The translations under genes were made by a program, and so were the position numbers. The notes beneath the pieces are model-generated. The model was given only the letters and a program-made list of their open reading frames with translations, was not told where the DNA came from and did not search any database. Shown piece after piece: positions 26,672 to 36,545 of a DNA stretch of 39,427 nt. Numbering within the stretch: position 1 is the stretch's first letter; each line of letters begins with the position of its first letter. The DNA comes from Eubacteriales bacterium (lineage in GTDB: Bacteria; Bacillota; Clostridia; Oscillospirales; CAG-272): positions 1 to 39,427 of the forward strand of contig JAZRJC010000086.1 in assembly GCA_045645605.1 (NCBI GenBank). Reading direction: 5' to 3'.

Positions 26672-27523
26672 ATGACCTTCAACGAGCTTGAAAAAAAGCT
26701 TTCGGCGGCAGGAATAGAAAATTCCTCGCTTGAGGCTACGCTTTTGCTCTCGCATTTTTGCTCTCTTACCCCATCATCTCTCCCCTATTCAAAGGATATC
26801 GACTTTGTGAGCAAGGAGCTGACCGATGCCGTCAGCAAAAGGCTTGGCGGATATCCGCTTCAGTATATTCTTGGGGTTTGGTCCTTCTTCGGCCTTGACT
26901 TCAAGGTGAACGAAAGCTGTCTTATCCCGCGTCCCGACACCGAAATTTTAGTTGAAGAAACAATAAAAAGGCTTCGGAAAAAGAGAATCGAGAACGCAAG
27001 GATAGCGGATATCTGTACGGGAAGCGGCTGTGTTGCCATCTCTCTTTTGTCTTCTCTGCCGCGCGCGACGGCGATTGCTACGGATATCTTTGACCAAACG
27101 CTCACCTTGGCGAGGGAAAACGCCGAGTCGAATAAGGTTTCGGAGCGGTTTTTCGCCTTTATCTCAGACGCCACGGCAGACGAGCTTGACAAAACGGACA
27201 GACCGGCAGATTTTCTGCCGCCATACGACGCGATAGTGTCAAATCCCCCCTACATTGAAACGGAAGAGATAGAATCTCTCTCGGCAGAGGTAAAGCGCGA
27301 GCCTTGTGCCGCCCTTGACGGAGGAGAGGACGGGCTTGATTTTTACCGTGCCATCGTCAAAAATTACAGGAAATATCTGACCCCCGACGGCTTTTTCGCC
27401 TTTGAGATAGGATATAATCAGGCGGCGGCACTTACAAAAATTGCCGAGGAAAATAATATGAAATGCGACGTAAAAAAGGACTACGGCGGTCGTGACAGAG
27501 TTGCGGTTCTTTATAATGATTAA
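26672..27523 (+). CDS. prmC: Release factor glutamine methyltransferase PrmC (HemK)
   Basis: PLQYILG, LIPRPDTE, DICTGSG, SNPPY, ALDGGEDGL, EIG. ATG at 26672 after GGGAG. Confidence 0.95.
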   Translation: MTFNELEKKLSAAGIENSSLEATLLLSHFCSLTPSSLPYSKDIDFVSKELTDAVSKRLGGYPLQYILGVWSFFGLDFKVNESCLIPRPDTEILVEETIKRLRKKRIENARIADICTGSGCVAISLLSSLPRATAIATDIFDQTLTLARENAESNKVSERFFAFISDATADELDKTDRPADFLPPYDAIVSNPPYIETEEIESLSAEVKREPCAALDGGEDGLDFYRAIVKNYRKYLTPDGFFAFEIGYNQAAALTKIAEENNMKCDVKKDYGGRDRVAVLYND

Positions 27524-27541
27524 GCAAATTTGGAGGTATTT

Positions 27542-28573
27542 ATGAATATAGTTGTTCTTGCAGGCGGTCTCAGCCCCGAGCGTGACGTCTCACTCACGTC
27601 TGCCGGCCTTATTGCAAACGCTCTTATGCGATGCGGACACAGAGTCCTGCTTGCAGACGTTTACGAGGGAATTGCGGAGAGCCCGGTAACGCTTAATATG
27701 TTCAAGGAAAACTACACCTATACGTATAACGTTGACACGGCTATCCCCGACCTTTGCGAGATAAAGCGCCGTAACGGTGGCCGCGAGGCCCTTATCGGCC
27801 CGGGTATTCTTGACGCCTGTCTTTTGGCCGACGTCGTTTATATCGGTCTTCACGGAGCGATGGGCGAGAATGGTCAGCTTCAGGCAACTCTTGATAATTT
27901 CGGAATAAAATACACAGGCTCGGGCTATATCGGAAGCCTGCTTGCAATGGATAAGGATATTACGAAAAAGCTTCTCTCAATCGAGGGTGTTCCCGTGCCT
28001 CCCGGCGTTTCGTGCGATCTTTCGCGTGACGACGTCTTTGGCGAGGTTAAGAAAATCGGATTCCCCTGCGTAATAAAGCCTTGTAGCTGCGGCTCAAGCG
28101 TCGGCGTCTCTATTATAGAGAATGCGGCGGAGCTTTCTGCGGCACTTGATTTTGCAAGAACATACGAATCGCAGATACTTATTGAAAAGAAGATCGTCGG
28201 CCGCGAGTTGACGGTTGCAATTCTTGACGGAGAGGTTCTTCCCGCTATCGAGATTATCCCGAAAAACGGATATTACGATTACAAGAACAAATATCAGAGT
28301 GGTCTTACAGAGGAAATTTGTCCCGCCCCCATTACGGAGGAGGAGTTTTCCCGTATGGCAGACTACACCCGCCGTGCATTCCGCGCACTCAAGCTTCGCG
28401 GCTTTGCAAGAATAGACTATATTATGACTCCCGACGGTGAAGCCTACTGCCTTGAGGCAAATACCCTCCCCGGTATGACCCCGACAAGCCTTTTACCGCA
28501 AGCGGCGGCGGCGGTCGGCATCGGCTATGACGCTCTTTGCGAGAAAATAGCAAAAATGGCTCTCGAAAATTAA
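27542..28573 (+). CDS. ddl: D-alanine--D-alanine ligase
   Basis: GGLSPERDVS, LHGAMGENG, MDK, KP...GSSVG, YDYKNKY, RIDY, EANTLPGMT. Confidence 0.93.
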   Translation: MNIVVLAGGLSPERDVSLTSAGLIANALMRCGHRVLLADVYEGIAESPVTLNMFKENYTYTYNVDTAIPDLCEIKRRNGGREALIGPGILDACLLADVVYIGLHGAMGENGQLQATLDNFGIKYTGSGYIGSLLAMDKDITKKLLSIEGVPVPPGVSCDLSRDDVFGEVKKIGFPCVIKPCSCGSSVGVSIIENAAELSAALDFARTYESQILIEKKIVGRELTVAILDGEVLPAIEIIPKNGYYDYKNKYQSGLTEEICPAPITEEEFSRMADYTRRAFRALKLRGFARIDYIMTPDGEAYCLEANTLPGMTPTSLLPQAAAAVGIGYDALCEKIAKMALEN

Positions 28574-28589
28574 GAAACGAATAATTAAC

Positions 28590-28631
28590 AAAAGCACTTA
28601 TGATAAGCTTCGGCTCTCATAGGTGCTTTTT
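28590..28631 (+). terminator. Intrinsic terminator after ddl
   Basis: AAAAGCACTTATGA...TCATAGGTGCTTTTT. Confidence 0.8.
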
Positions 28632-28782
28632 CGCTTGGCAACCGCACCTCAAAATCAAAATCTCTTCCGAAAACTTATAGACAAAAGCTCTCTTGTGTGG
28701 TAAAATATATATAAGACCTCATATTAAATCTTCTCAAAAGGAAAGGATGCTTTTGTTTTGCAAAAGCAAGGGGCATAAAATA

Positions 28783-29949
28783 ATGAAAAAAATTCTACAT
28801 ATAGCAGACCTGCATCTCGACAGTCCCTTTTCTGCCTTCGACCCGCTAACAGCAGAGGCGAAAAGAGAGGGACTTCGCCGTACCTTTCGCTCGGCAGTAA
28901 AATACGCAAGGGAGAACGATTTTTCGCTCCTTCTCATATCGGGTGACCTTTATGACGGCGGCTTTATAACAAGAGAAACGGCAAGAATGCTTTGCGATGA
29001 GCTCTCCTCCCTCGCGATTCCCGTCGTAATCGCCCCCGGGAACCACGACCCTTACGTAAAATTCAGTCTTTATGAAAGCCGTGCGCTTCCGAAAAACGTC
29101 TTCGTCTTCACCGATGACAAGCTGGATTTCTTCGACTTCGACGAGCTTAATATAAGAGTTTACGGATACGCCTTTTGCGATAAGCACCTGCGTCAAAGCC
29201 CGCTTTCGGGCGCGGACGTTGAGCCGTCGACAAAAATCAATATTCTCTGTGCTCACGGCGACACCGAGTCGCCTCTATCCCCTTACGCGCCTCTCTCCTT
29301 TGCCGAAATTTCAAGGCTCGGCTTCACCTATACGGCGCTCGGGCATATTCACAATCCTCCCCCACCGCAAAAGGAGAACGGCTGTGTGACAGCATACAGC
29401 GGATTCTTTGACGGACGCGGCTTTGACGAGCTCGGCTATGGCTCGGCTCTCGCGGTGACGCTTCTCGATGACGGGGGCGTCGATATAGAGAAGCTCTCAT
29501 TCTCAACCGAGAAATATGAAGAGGTAACGCTTGACGCCATTGGTATCGAAAACGACACCGAGCTTTGCGACAAGATTTCGGGTCTTATTGGCAGCGGCGG
29601 ATACGACGAAAGGGTCTCACTCCGCATAGTTCTTCGCGGCAATCTGCCTCCCGATTACATCCCCGATATCCCGCGTCTTGAGGAGACGCTTGGACAAAAT
29701 CTTGCCCTTCTTCAGATAAAAGACGAAACCACCCCTCTCCTCTCGGACACAGAGCTTAAATATGACAAAACCATGAGGGGCGAGCTTTACAGGCGTCTTT
29801 TGCCAAAGCTCACCTCGGCAGACCCCGTCGAGAAGGAGACCGCCCTCCTTGCCCTGAAAATAGCTCTTGCAGCTCTTGAGGGCGGAGAGATATCAAGCGT
29901 AATCAATCCAAAATATAACGAAAGCGAGGCTTCTCCCGAATGGTTATAA
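28783..29949 (+). CDS. Mre11/SbcD-like metallophosphoesterase nuclease (YhaO-like)
   Basis: ADLHL, GDLYD, GNHD, AHG and LGHIH motifs. Confidence 0.9.
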   Translation: MKKILHIADLHLDSPFSAFDPLTAEAKREGLRRTFRSAVKYARENDFSLLLISGDLYDGGFITRETARMLCDELSSLAIPVVIAPGNHDPYVKFSLYESRALPKNVFVFTDDKLDFFDFDELNIRVYGYAFCDKHLRQSPLSGADVEPSTKINILCAHGDTESPLSPYAPLSFAEISRLGFTYTALGHIHNPPPPQKENGCVTAYSGFFDGRGFDELGYGSALAVTLLDDGGVDIEKLSFSTEKYEEVTLDAIGIENDTELCDKISGLIGSGGYDERVSLRIVLRGNLPPDYIPDIPRLEETLGQNLALLQIKDETTPLLSDTELKYDKTMRGELYRRLLPKLTSADPVEKETALLALKIALAALEGGEISSVINPKYNESEASPEWL

Positions 29950-32276
29950 AGAGACTATATATTGAAAGCTTCGGAAAAATAAAGAATCGCGAGATTTCTC
30001 TCGCGGACGGCATCAATATCCTTATGGGTGAGAACGAATCGGGAAAAAGCACCCTTCTGTCCTTTATCAAGTTTATCTTTTTCGGCTTCCCGAAAAAATC
30101 TGCCGACGAGTCGATTAGCGAAAAGGAAAGATATCTTTCCTGGGATACCGATTCGGCTGTCGGATACGCGGAGATTTCCGCCGACGGCACAAATTACAGA
30201 ATCGAGCGAAGCCAGAAGGGGTCTTCGCGTGAAAAAGTTGCGATAATAGATATGGCAAGCGGTTGCGAGGTTCTCTCGGGCGAGCGTCCGGGCGAATACT
30301 TTTTCGGGGTCAGCGAGGCGGTCTTTGACAGCACCGACTGTATCCGTCAGCTTCGCCTCTCCTCGATTGACGGCGGTGATATCGGTCTTGCTATCGAAAA
30401 TCTTGCCCTTCACGCAGACGAAAGCGTAAGCACTCAAAAGGCTCTTTCGAAAATTGACGCCGTTCGAAAAAAGTACCTTCTCAAAAAGGGTAACGGCGGT
30501 CTTCTTTATGAGCTTAACACAAGAAAAAATCAGCTTGCGGCAAGAATAGACGTCGCAAAGCAAAAAAATATGCAGATTTTGAGCTACGAAAGTGCTCTCG
30601 ATAATCTCTCCGTCGCATGTAAGGCACGAAAAGAGGAGCTTGCGGCAAAGGAAAGACTTTGCCGTGCATACGACACGTCCCAGCTTCTCCGTCGCTTTGA
30701 TACTCTTCACAGCACAGAGGACAGACTGCGCTCTATTTCTGCCGAATCAAAGAGAATCCACGAAAAATTCGGAATCGACAAGCTCGCAGGCTTCGTCCCC
30801 GACCGTGCATTTATCAATTCTCTCTCGCTCTCAAAGGAGAAGATTCTCTCCTCTTATGCAGAGCTTGAAATAAAGAACGCTATGCAACGCTCCACCGAGG
30901 CCGTAACTCCTCCCGACGAGAAAATGTGCTCTGTGGCAAAGAGAATAGAGCAGGACGGAAAAACGCCCGAGGAGATAACCGCCTCATATAAAAAAGCGAC
31001 GTCCGAGGCAAAGAAAAAGAAGCGCCGAGGCATATTCTTTGCGATTTTGGCGGTGCTTTCTCTTCTTGCGACGGCAGGTGTAGGAGTTCTCTTCTATCTC
31101 GATGGCGGCTTCTTGGGTCTTTTGTCAAAAAGAGGCCTTGCCGCACTTGGAATAGGACTTATCATCTCACTTGAGAGCTTCATTTATTCCGCAATATGCC
31201 AAAAAAAGAAAAAGAACTTTTTGAAGGACGCCTCTGACGTTTTAGAATACTGCGATTTTGATGAAGAGAGAGAGCAAACCAATCTTTCGAATTATCTTTC
31301 GCTTTGCTTTGCGGCGCTCCGAAAAAAAGAGCTTTTCGCGACTCAATACACGAACGCCAAGGAGAACGTCACAAGACAGACAGACCTCCTCTCAACCTCT
31401 GTATCGGAGGGCGTCGCTCTTCTTGAACCCTTGAAAATGACCGCCGACTCCGCCAACGCAAGAGACGTGGCAGAGGCTCTGGGACGAGCAATCTCTCTTT
31501 GTGAGGGCTTCCTCTCCGAGATTGACCTACCTGATACCGAATATAAAAAGTACAAGGCACTCCTTGACGATAGAACGGCAGAGCTTTCCGAATATAACGA
31601 GGCGGAGCTGCGTGCCGCGATATCTCCCGATGACGAGGAGCAGCTATCCTCGGTAAATATATCTATCCTTCGTCGCGAATGCGATTTTATAAAGAGCAAG
31701 CTCGAATCCTCCGAGAGCCGCCGCAACGCTTATGAAAGAGAGCTGATAGGCCTTCGGGCAACTGCGGAAAATCTCGAAAGGTTAACCGAGGAATACGCGT
31801 CTGTTTGCCGTCAGGCAGAGGAGAGCGAGAAGATTTTTAATGCTCTCGTTCTTGCCTCCGAGTCGATCGAGCTTTCCTCGGAGAAAATTAAAAACAATAC
31901 TCTTCCGAGGCTTCGAGAGGAGGCGTCAAGGATCTTCTCTCTGCTCACGAACGGAAAATATCCGGAGCTTGGTATCGAAAAGGACTTTTCTCTCTCCGTT
32001 TTTGCCGAGGGCGAGACCCGTCCGATCGACGCTCTCAGCGGCGGAACTCGTGACGCGGCTTATTTTGCGCTTCGCATAGCGCTCTGCTCGGTATTCTACA
32101 ACAAGGAAAAGCCGCCTCTCCTTCTTGACGAGGTTTTTGCTCACACTGATGACGGCAGAACGAAAAACGCGCTCTCTATGCTCGGCAATCTTGCAGATAC
32201 GGGCTATCAGATTCTGATTTTCACCTGCCACAGTCGTGAAAGTGAGCTCTCAAAGCTCCCCCCTATCAAAATTTAA
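29940..32276 (+). CDS. Rad50/SbcC-like ABC ATPase with an internal TM hairpin (YhaN-like)
   Basis: Walker A GENESGKST, coiled coils, two hydrophobic helices mid-protein, LSGGT, LLLDE, FTCH. Overlaps the upstream gene. Confidence 0.88.
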   Translation: MVIKRLYIESFGKIKNREISLADGINILMGENESGKSTLLSFIKFIFFGFPKKSADESISEKERYLSWDTDSAVGYAEISADGTNYRIERSQKGSSREKVAIIDMASGCEVLSGERPGEYFFGVSEAVFDSTDCIRQLRLSSIDGGDIGLAIENLALHADESVSTQKALSKIDAVRKKYLLKKGNGGLLYELNTRKNQLAARIDVAKQKNMQILSYESALDNLSVACKARKEELAAKERLCRAYDTSQLLRRFDTLHSTEDRLRSISAESKRIHEKFGIDKLAGFVPDRAFINSLSLSKEKILSSYAELEIKNAMQRSTEAVTPPDEKMCSVAKRIEQDGKTPEEITASYKKATSEAKKKKRRGIFFAILAVLSLLATAGVGVLFYLDGGFLGLLSKRGLAALGIGLIISLESFIYSAICQKKKKNFLKDASDVLEYCDFDEEREQTNLSNYLSLCFAALRKKELFATQYTNAKENVTRQTDLLSTSVSEGVALLEPLKMTADSANARDVAEALGRAISLCEGFLSEIDLPDTEYKKYKALLDDRTAELSEYNEAELRAAISPDDEEQLSSVNISILRRECDFIKSKLESSESRRNAYERELIGLRATAENLERLTEEYASVCRQAEESEKIFNALVLASESIELSSEKIKNNTLPRLREEASRIFSLLTNGKYPELGIEKDFSLSVFAEGETRPIDALSGGTRDAAYFALRIALCSVFYNKEKPPLLLDEVFAHTDDGRTKNALSMLGNLADTGYQILIFTCHSRESELSKLPPIKI

Positions 32277-32285
32277 TTTTCTATA

Positions 32286-32326
32286 AAAGGAAAATCTGCC
32301 GTATTGACGGCAGATTTTCTCTTTTT
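32286..32326. terminator. Bidirectional intrinsic terminator
   Basis: GAAAATCTGCCGT-ATTG-ACGGCAGATTTTC flanked by A and T runs. Confidence 0.8.
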
Positions 32327-32335
32327 CGTTTGGTT

Positions 32336-33166
32336 TTACTTCTGCTCACGGTCGCAGCCACAGTGGCGAACGGGGATTCTATCCTCATCACAGGACCCCT
32401 GGTGAAATGACGGAGACGAAAATTCTCTCGTCGGGAAGGCCATGCTTCTGAAGAGCTGGCAGGGGTTTCTGTCGTCGTCCGAGATACATTCCTTGTCGGG
32501 AACCGAATATTCTGTTCCGCTTATCAGGTATTGCGCGGGGCGAACTATACGAACGACAGAGAATATACCGATAGTTACCCGAAGAACACGAACTCTTCCT
32601 TGCGTGTCGGCAGGCGAGCCGTTCATCCTTCCGAGAATCGTCTCGGGAATTTCCTCAAGACAGCAGCAACAGCAGCAGCCACATTCCTTGACCTCGGCTA
32701 CGTTTACGTCAAGAACTACGGGCGCTACCACCTCAACTACAGCTGTCGGGGTGTTTTTCGTAAACGAGCCCTCAGAACAGCATGCGCTGCTTTCGTATCC
32801 GCTTCTGTAAACGCTGACCTCACTGTCACCGCCAAATAAAATCACCTTCTTTTCAACAACGGTAACGCCCTCAAATTCTCGCGTTTGTCCGCACATACAA
32901 GCTTCAAACTGTAAGCATATATAGAATTTGATATTAACGGCGTAAAAGCCGCGGTTGAACTGTATCGGGTCGATGTTTATACAGGTCCAGGCAATCTGAG
33001 CATTCTTAACACGAACGTTAGTCGTATGTTCTATTATTTCCTGCCCGAATTCCGTTAAATATACACCGATATTTTCATAGCAATCACGATCGCGGCAAGA
33101 ATCAAGAATCCTGTTGGTTTCTATGCAGATTCTGTCGCGTGAGCCGCAAAACTTGTTATCTGACAT
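32336..33166 (-). CDS. Cysteine-rich hypothetical protein, possibly sporulation/coat associated
   Basis: CIETNRILDSCRDRDC N-terminus, CGCCCCC tract, C-terminal P.KEC...NPCQLF...FP. RBS AAAGGAG. Confidence 0.7.
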   Translation of the reverse strand: MSDNKFCGSRDRICIETNRILDSCRDRDCYENIGVYLTEFGQEIIEHTTNVRVKNAQIAWTCINIDPIQFNRGFYAVNIKFYICLQFEACMCGQTREFEGVTVVEKKVILFGGDSEVSVYRSGYESSACCSEGSFTKNTPTAVVEVVAPVVLDVNVAEVKECGCCCCCCLEEIPETILGRMNGSPADTQGRVRVLRVTIGIFSVVRIVRPAQYLISGTEYSVPDKECISDDDRNPCQLFRSMAFPTREFSSPSFHQGSCDEDRIPVRHCGCDREQK

Positions 33167-33338
33167 ACCATTTTCTCCTTTTTTGAGATAGAGCGAGCAC
33201 ACTCTTCCTTATTATTCTATGCGGTTGTTCTCTTTTTGACATTGTTTTTTCGAAAATTCATTTTGTTTCGAGTATTGATAATTTTGTCTCATTATGATAT
33301 AATGATTATAGAACATCATCGACGGCAAGGAGAATTAT

Positions 33339-34193
33339 ATGTTAAAAGCAAAATTCGGCCCCGGCGGGAACAGCGAGAGCTTTTACGCCGCAGGCAAAAA
33401 ATCAACGCTTGAAGCGCCCGAATGGGTAAAAAGCGTAGGGCTTGACGCTTACGAATACGAGGCAGGGAACGGACTCCGCACCTCTGACGCAACTCTTCGC
33501 GCTATCGGCGAGGAGGCAAAAAAGAACGACGTATCAATGTCTCTTCACACACCGTACTTCATCTCGCTTTCGGGAGTCGAGCCTGAAAAGAGGCTCAACA
33601 GCATCAGATATATAAAGGAAAGTCTGCACGCGGCAGAGCTTCTGGGCGCTAAAACTATAGTTATTCACAGCGGAAGTGCGGCGAAAATCTCAAGAAGTGA
33701 AGCTATGGCGCTTGCGCGCGATACCCTTGAGAGAACCGCTATGGAGGTTGGTGAAACCAAGATTCATTTAGGTCTTGAAACGATGGGTAAGATAAATCAG
33801 CTCGGCACGCTTGACGAGGTCATCGAGCTTTGCAAAACCGCGCCCTGCTACTATCCCGTCGTTGACTTCGGACACCTGAATGCACGTGACCTTGGCGGTG
33901 TTTTCGTTACAGTTGACGATTACGCTCGCGTTTTCGATAAGATTGGCGAGGCGCTCGGAGATGATATCTCAAAAAATATGCACTGTCATTTTTCGAAGAT
34001 AGAATATACGAAGGCGGGCGAGAAAAAGCACCTGACCTTTGATGATAACGAGTTCGGGCCCTTCTTTGAGCCGCTTGCGGAGGCTATCATTAAATACGAC
34101 CTCTCCCCGACCATTATATGCGAATCGGCCGGAACGATGGCAGAGGACGCACTCTTTATGAAGAGGGCTTGTGAGGAGCTTGCTCGGAGGTAA
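33339..34193 (+). CDS. Endonuclease IV-like TIM-barrel protein (AP endonuclease family 2)
   Basis: Zn-ligand motifs HTPY, HSG, ETMGK, DFGH, HFS, KKH, CES. Confidence 0.85.
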   Translation: MLKAKFGPGGNSESFYAAGKKSTLEAPEWVKSVGLDAYEYEAGNGLRTSDATLRAIGEEAKKNDVSMSLHTPYFISLSGVEPEKRLNSIRYIKESLHAAELLGAKTIVIHSGSAAKISRSEAMALARDTLERTAMEVGETKIHLGLETMGKINQLGTLDEVIELCKTAPCYYPVVDFGHLNARDLGGVFVTVDDYARVFDKIGEALGDDISKNMHCHFSKIEYTKAGEKKHLTFDDNEFGPFFEPLAEAIIKYDLSPTIICESAGTMAEDALFMKRACEELARR

Positions 34194-34196
34194 ATT

Positions 34197-34823
34197 ATGT
34201 CAAAAATCACATGGAAGGGCGGGGCGCTTATAGCCCCGCTGCCGCCTATTATGGTAAGCTGTCGCGACAAGGACAGCGGCAAGGACAATATAATCACCGT
34301 CGCCTGGACGGGAATTTGCAACACAATTCCGCCGAAAACCTATATCTCGGTTCGTCCCTCGCGTCATTCATATAACATCATAAAAAACAGCGGTGAGTTC
34401 GTGCTGAATCTGACCTCTGCCGACCTTGTCCGCGCTGCCGACTACTGCGGTATATTCACAGGTGCCAAGGTCGATAAATTCGAGCGTTGCTCGCTCACAA
34501 AGGAGGATTCCACCCACGTCAGCTGTCCGCAGATTGCCGAGAGCCCGTTGTCTATCGAATGTAGGGTCACAGATATTATCCCTCTCGGAAGCCACGATAT
34601 GTTTCTCGCTGATATTCTGGCGGTAAACGTCGCCCCCGAGCTTCTTGATTCGGACGGCAGACTCTGCCTCCATCGCGCAGGTCTTTGTGCCTTTGCTCAC
34701 GGCGAATATTTCGAGCTTGGCAAAAGGCTTGGAAAATTCGGCTTTTCAGCCACAAAGAAAAAGAAAAACAAGGGAAACGGCAAAAAATCATCTGCAAAAA
34801 AGACGTCGGGCAGAAAGGCGTGA
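34197..34823 (+). CDS. Flavin reductase-like FMN-binding protein
   Basis: P.P..MVS, NIITVAWTG, SVRPSRHS, GEFVLN, IECRV, LGSHDMF, and a Lys-rich tail. Confidence 0.9.
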   Translation: MSKITWKGGALIAPLPPIMVSCRDKDSGKDNIITVAWTGICNTIPPKTYISVRPSRHSYNIIKNSGEFVLNLTSADLVRAADYCGIFTGAKVDKFERCSLTKEDSTHVSCPQIAESPLSIECRVTDIIPLGSHDMFLADILAVNVAPELLDSDGRLCLHRAGLCAFAHGEYFELGKRLGKFGFSATKKKKNKGNGKKSSAKKTSGRKA

Positions 34824-34873
34824 CGCCGCACAGGCTTTTTGCAAGATTGATAATAAAAAATTTCACAAGAATA

Positions 34874-34902
34874 TTGACTTTGGTCTTTTTTTGTGATATA
34901 CT
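34874..34902 (+). promoter_or_regulatory. sigma-A promoter for scfAB
   Basis: TTGACT-N17-TATACT with extended TG. Confidence 0.7.
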
Positions 34903-34934
34903 GTTATAGAAAACAAATAACGGAGGACTTAAAA

Positions 34935-35084
34935 ATGGAACATATTAAGACTTTGAACACTCGCAATCTGTGCGAAAGCGCAAAGAACGGCGGTTGCGGC
35001 GAATGCCAGACATCCTGCCAGTCGGCTTGCAAAACAAGCTGCGGTATTGCAAATCAGCCTTGCGAAAATAAGGCAAGCAAGTAA
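34935..35084 (+). CDS. scfA: SCIFF ranthipeptide precursor
   Basis: MEHIKTLN...GGCGECQTSCQSACKTSCGIANQPCE, RBS GGAGG, adjacent to its maturase. Confidence 0.96.
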   Translation: MEHIKTLNTRNLCESAKNGGCGECQTSCQSACKTSCGIANQPCENKASK

Positions 35085-35098
35085 TTTTGCTTCTTAAC

Positions 35099-35130
35099 TT
35101 GGGAAAGAGCCTTAGCTCTTTCCCAAATTT
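35099..35130 (+). terminator. Hairpin/leaky terminator between scfA and scfB
   Basis: TTGGGAAAGAGC-CTTA-GCTCTTTCCCAA followed by ATTT. Confidence 0.7.
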
Positions 35131-35150
35131 GTTGTTACAAGGAGTTTTTT

Positions 35151-36530
35151 ATGATACATCAGTATAAATTGGGCGGACTTAATATCGTTCTTGACGTAAC
35201 CTCGGGCGCCGTTCACGTGGTTGACGAGGTCGCATACGACATAATTGAGATTTTTGAGGCAGAAGAAAGGCCCGCAGTGCTCAAAAAAATAGGCGAGAAA
35301 TATTCCGACAGAGAGGATATTTCGCCAAAAGACATCGAGGAATGCTATAATCAGGTCGAGGCACTCAAGAATAGCGGTCAGCTTTTCGTGCCCGACAATT
35401 TCAAGCCGATGGCAGGCGAGCTTAAGCGTAAAACGGCGGGAGTTATAAAGGCTCTTTGCTTACATATCGCGCACACCTGCAACTTAAATTGCTCATATTG
35501 CTTTGCAAGTCAGGGCAAATACCACGGCGACCGTGCCGTAATGAGCTTTGAGGTCGGAAAGAGAGCGCTTGATTTCCTTGTTGAAAACTCGGGCAGCCGA
35601 CACAACCTTGAGGTTGACTTTTTCGGCGGCGAGCCTCTTATGAATTTTGACGTCGTAAAGCAGCTTGTCGCTTACGCGCGCAGCATCGAGAAGGAAAAGG
35701 GCAAGAATTTCCGCTTCACACTCACAACCAACGGCGTGCTTATCGACGACGACGTTATTGATTTCGCAAACCGCGAGATGTCAAACGTGGTGCTTTCTCT
35801 TGACGGACGCCGTGAGATTCACGACAGATTCCGCGTTGACTATAACGGCGTCGGAAGCTTCGATAGAATCGTTCCGAATTTCCAGAGGTTAGTTGAGGCA
35901 AGGGGCGGCAAAAACTACTATATGCGAGGAACCTTTACTCACGCAAACCCCGATTTTCTTGAGGATATAAAGGTAATGCTCGATTTGGGCTTCTCGGAGC
36001 TTAGTATGGAGCCTGTCGTTTGCGCACCGGGCGACCCTTCCGAGCTGACGGCGGCCGATATGCCGATAGTTATGGAGCAATACGAAAAGCTTGCCGAGCT
36101 TATGATCGAGCGACGTCGCGCGGGCAAGCCGTTTACCTTCTATCATTATATGATCGATCTTCAGGGCGGCCCTTGTATTTACAAGAGAATTTCAGGCTGC
36201 GGCTCGGGTACTGAATATATGGCGGTAACGCCTTGGGGCGACCTTTATCCCTGCCATCAGTTCGTTGGCGAGGAGTCGTTCTGCCTTGGAAACATCTGGG
36301 ACGGAGTCAAGAACACCGAGCGTCAGTGCGAATTTGCGGAATGTAACGTATATGCGCGTCCCGACTGTGCTGACTGCTGGGCAAAGCTTTATTGCTCGGG
36401 CGGATGTGCGGCGAACGCTTATCATTCGACTGGAAGCGTAAAGGGTGTTTATAAATATGGCTGCGAGCTCTTTAAGAAGAGAATGGAATGTGCCATTATG
36501 GTTGCCGCTACCCAAATGCTTGAGGAATAA
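35151..36530 (+). CDS. scfB: SCIFF radical SAM/SPASM thioether-forming maturase
   Basis: N-terminal RRE (IVLDVTSGAVHVVD), ALCLHIAHTCNLNCSYC, FFGGEPL, SPASM GPCIYKR..GCGSG..YPCHQF..CADCWAKLYCSGGC. Confidence 0.96.
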   Translation: MIHQYKLGGLNIVLDVTSGAVHVVDEVAYDIIEIFEAEERPAVLKKIGEKYSDREDISPKDIEECYNQVEALKNSGQLFVPDNFKPMAGELKRKTAGVIKALCLHIAHTCNLNCSYCFASQGKYHGDRAVMSFEVGKRALDFLVENSGSRHNLEVDFFGGEPLMNFDVVKQLVAYARSIEKEKGKNFRFTLTTNGVLIDDDVIDFANREMSNVVLSLDGRREIHDRFRVDYNGVGSFDRIVPNFQRLVEARGGKNYYMRGTFTHANPDFLEDIKVMLDLGFSELSMEPVVCAPGDPSELTAADMPIVMEQYEKLAELMIERRRAGKPFTFYHYMIDLQGGPCIYKRISGCGSGTEYMAVTPWGDLYPCHQFVGEESFCLGNIWDGVKNTERQCEFAECNVYARPDCADCWAKLYCSGGCAANAYHSTGSVKGVYKYGCELFKKRMECAIMVAATQMLEE

Positions 36531-36545
36531 GCCTCACAGCGTTCG

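Noticed and set aside
27542-28573. Possible Van-type D-Ala-D-Lac or D-Ala-D-Ser ligase
   Set aside because: The omega loop is YDYKNKY as in ordinary Ddl, and there are no vanH/X/T/R/S neighbours. It sits in a housekeeping operon with prmC.
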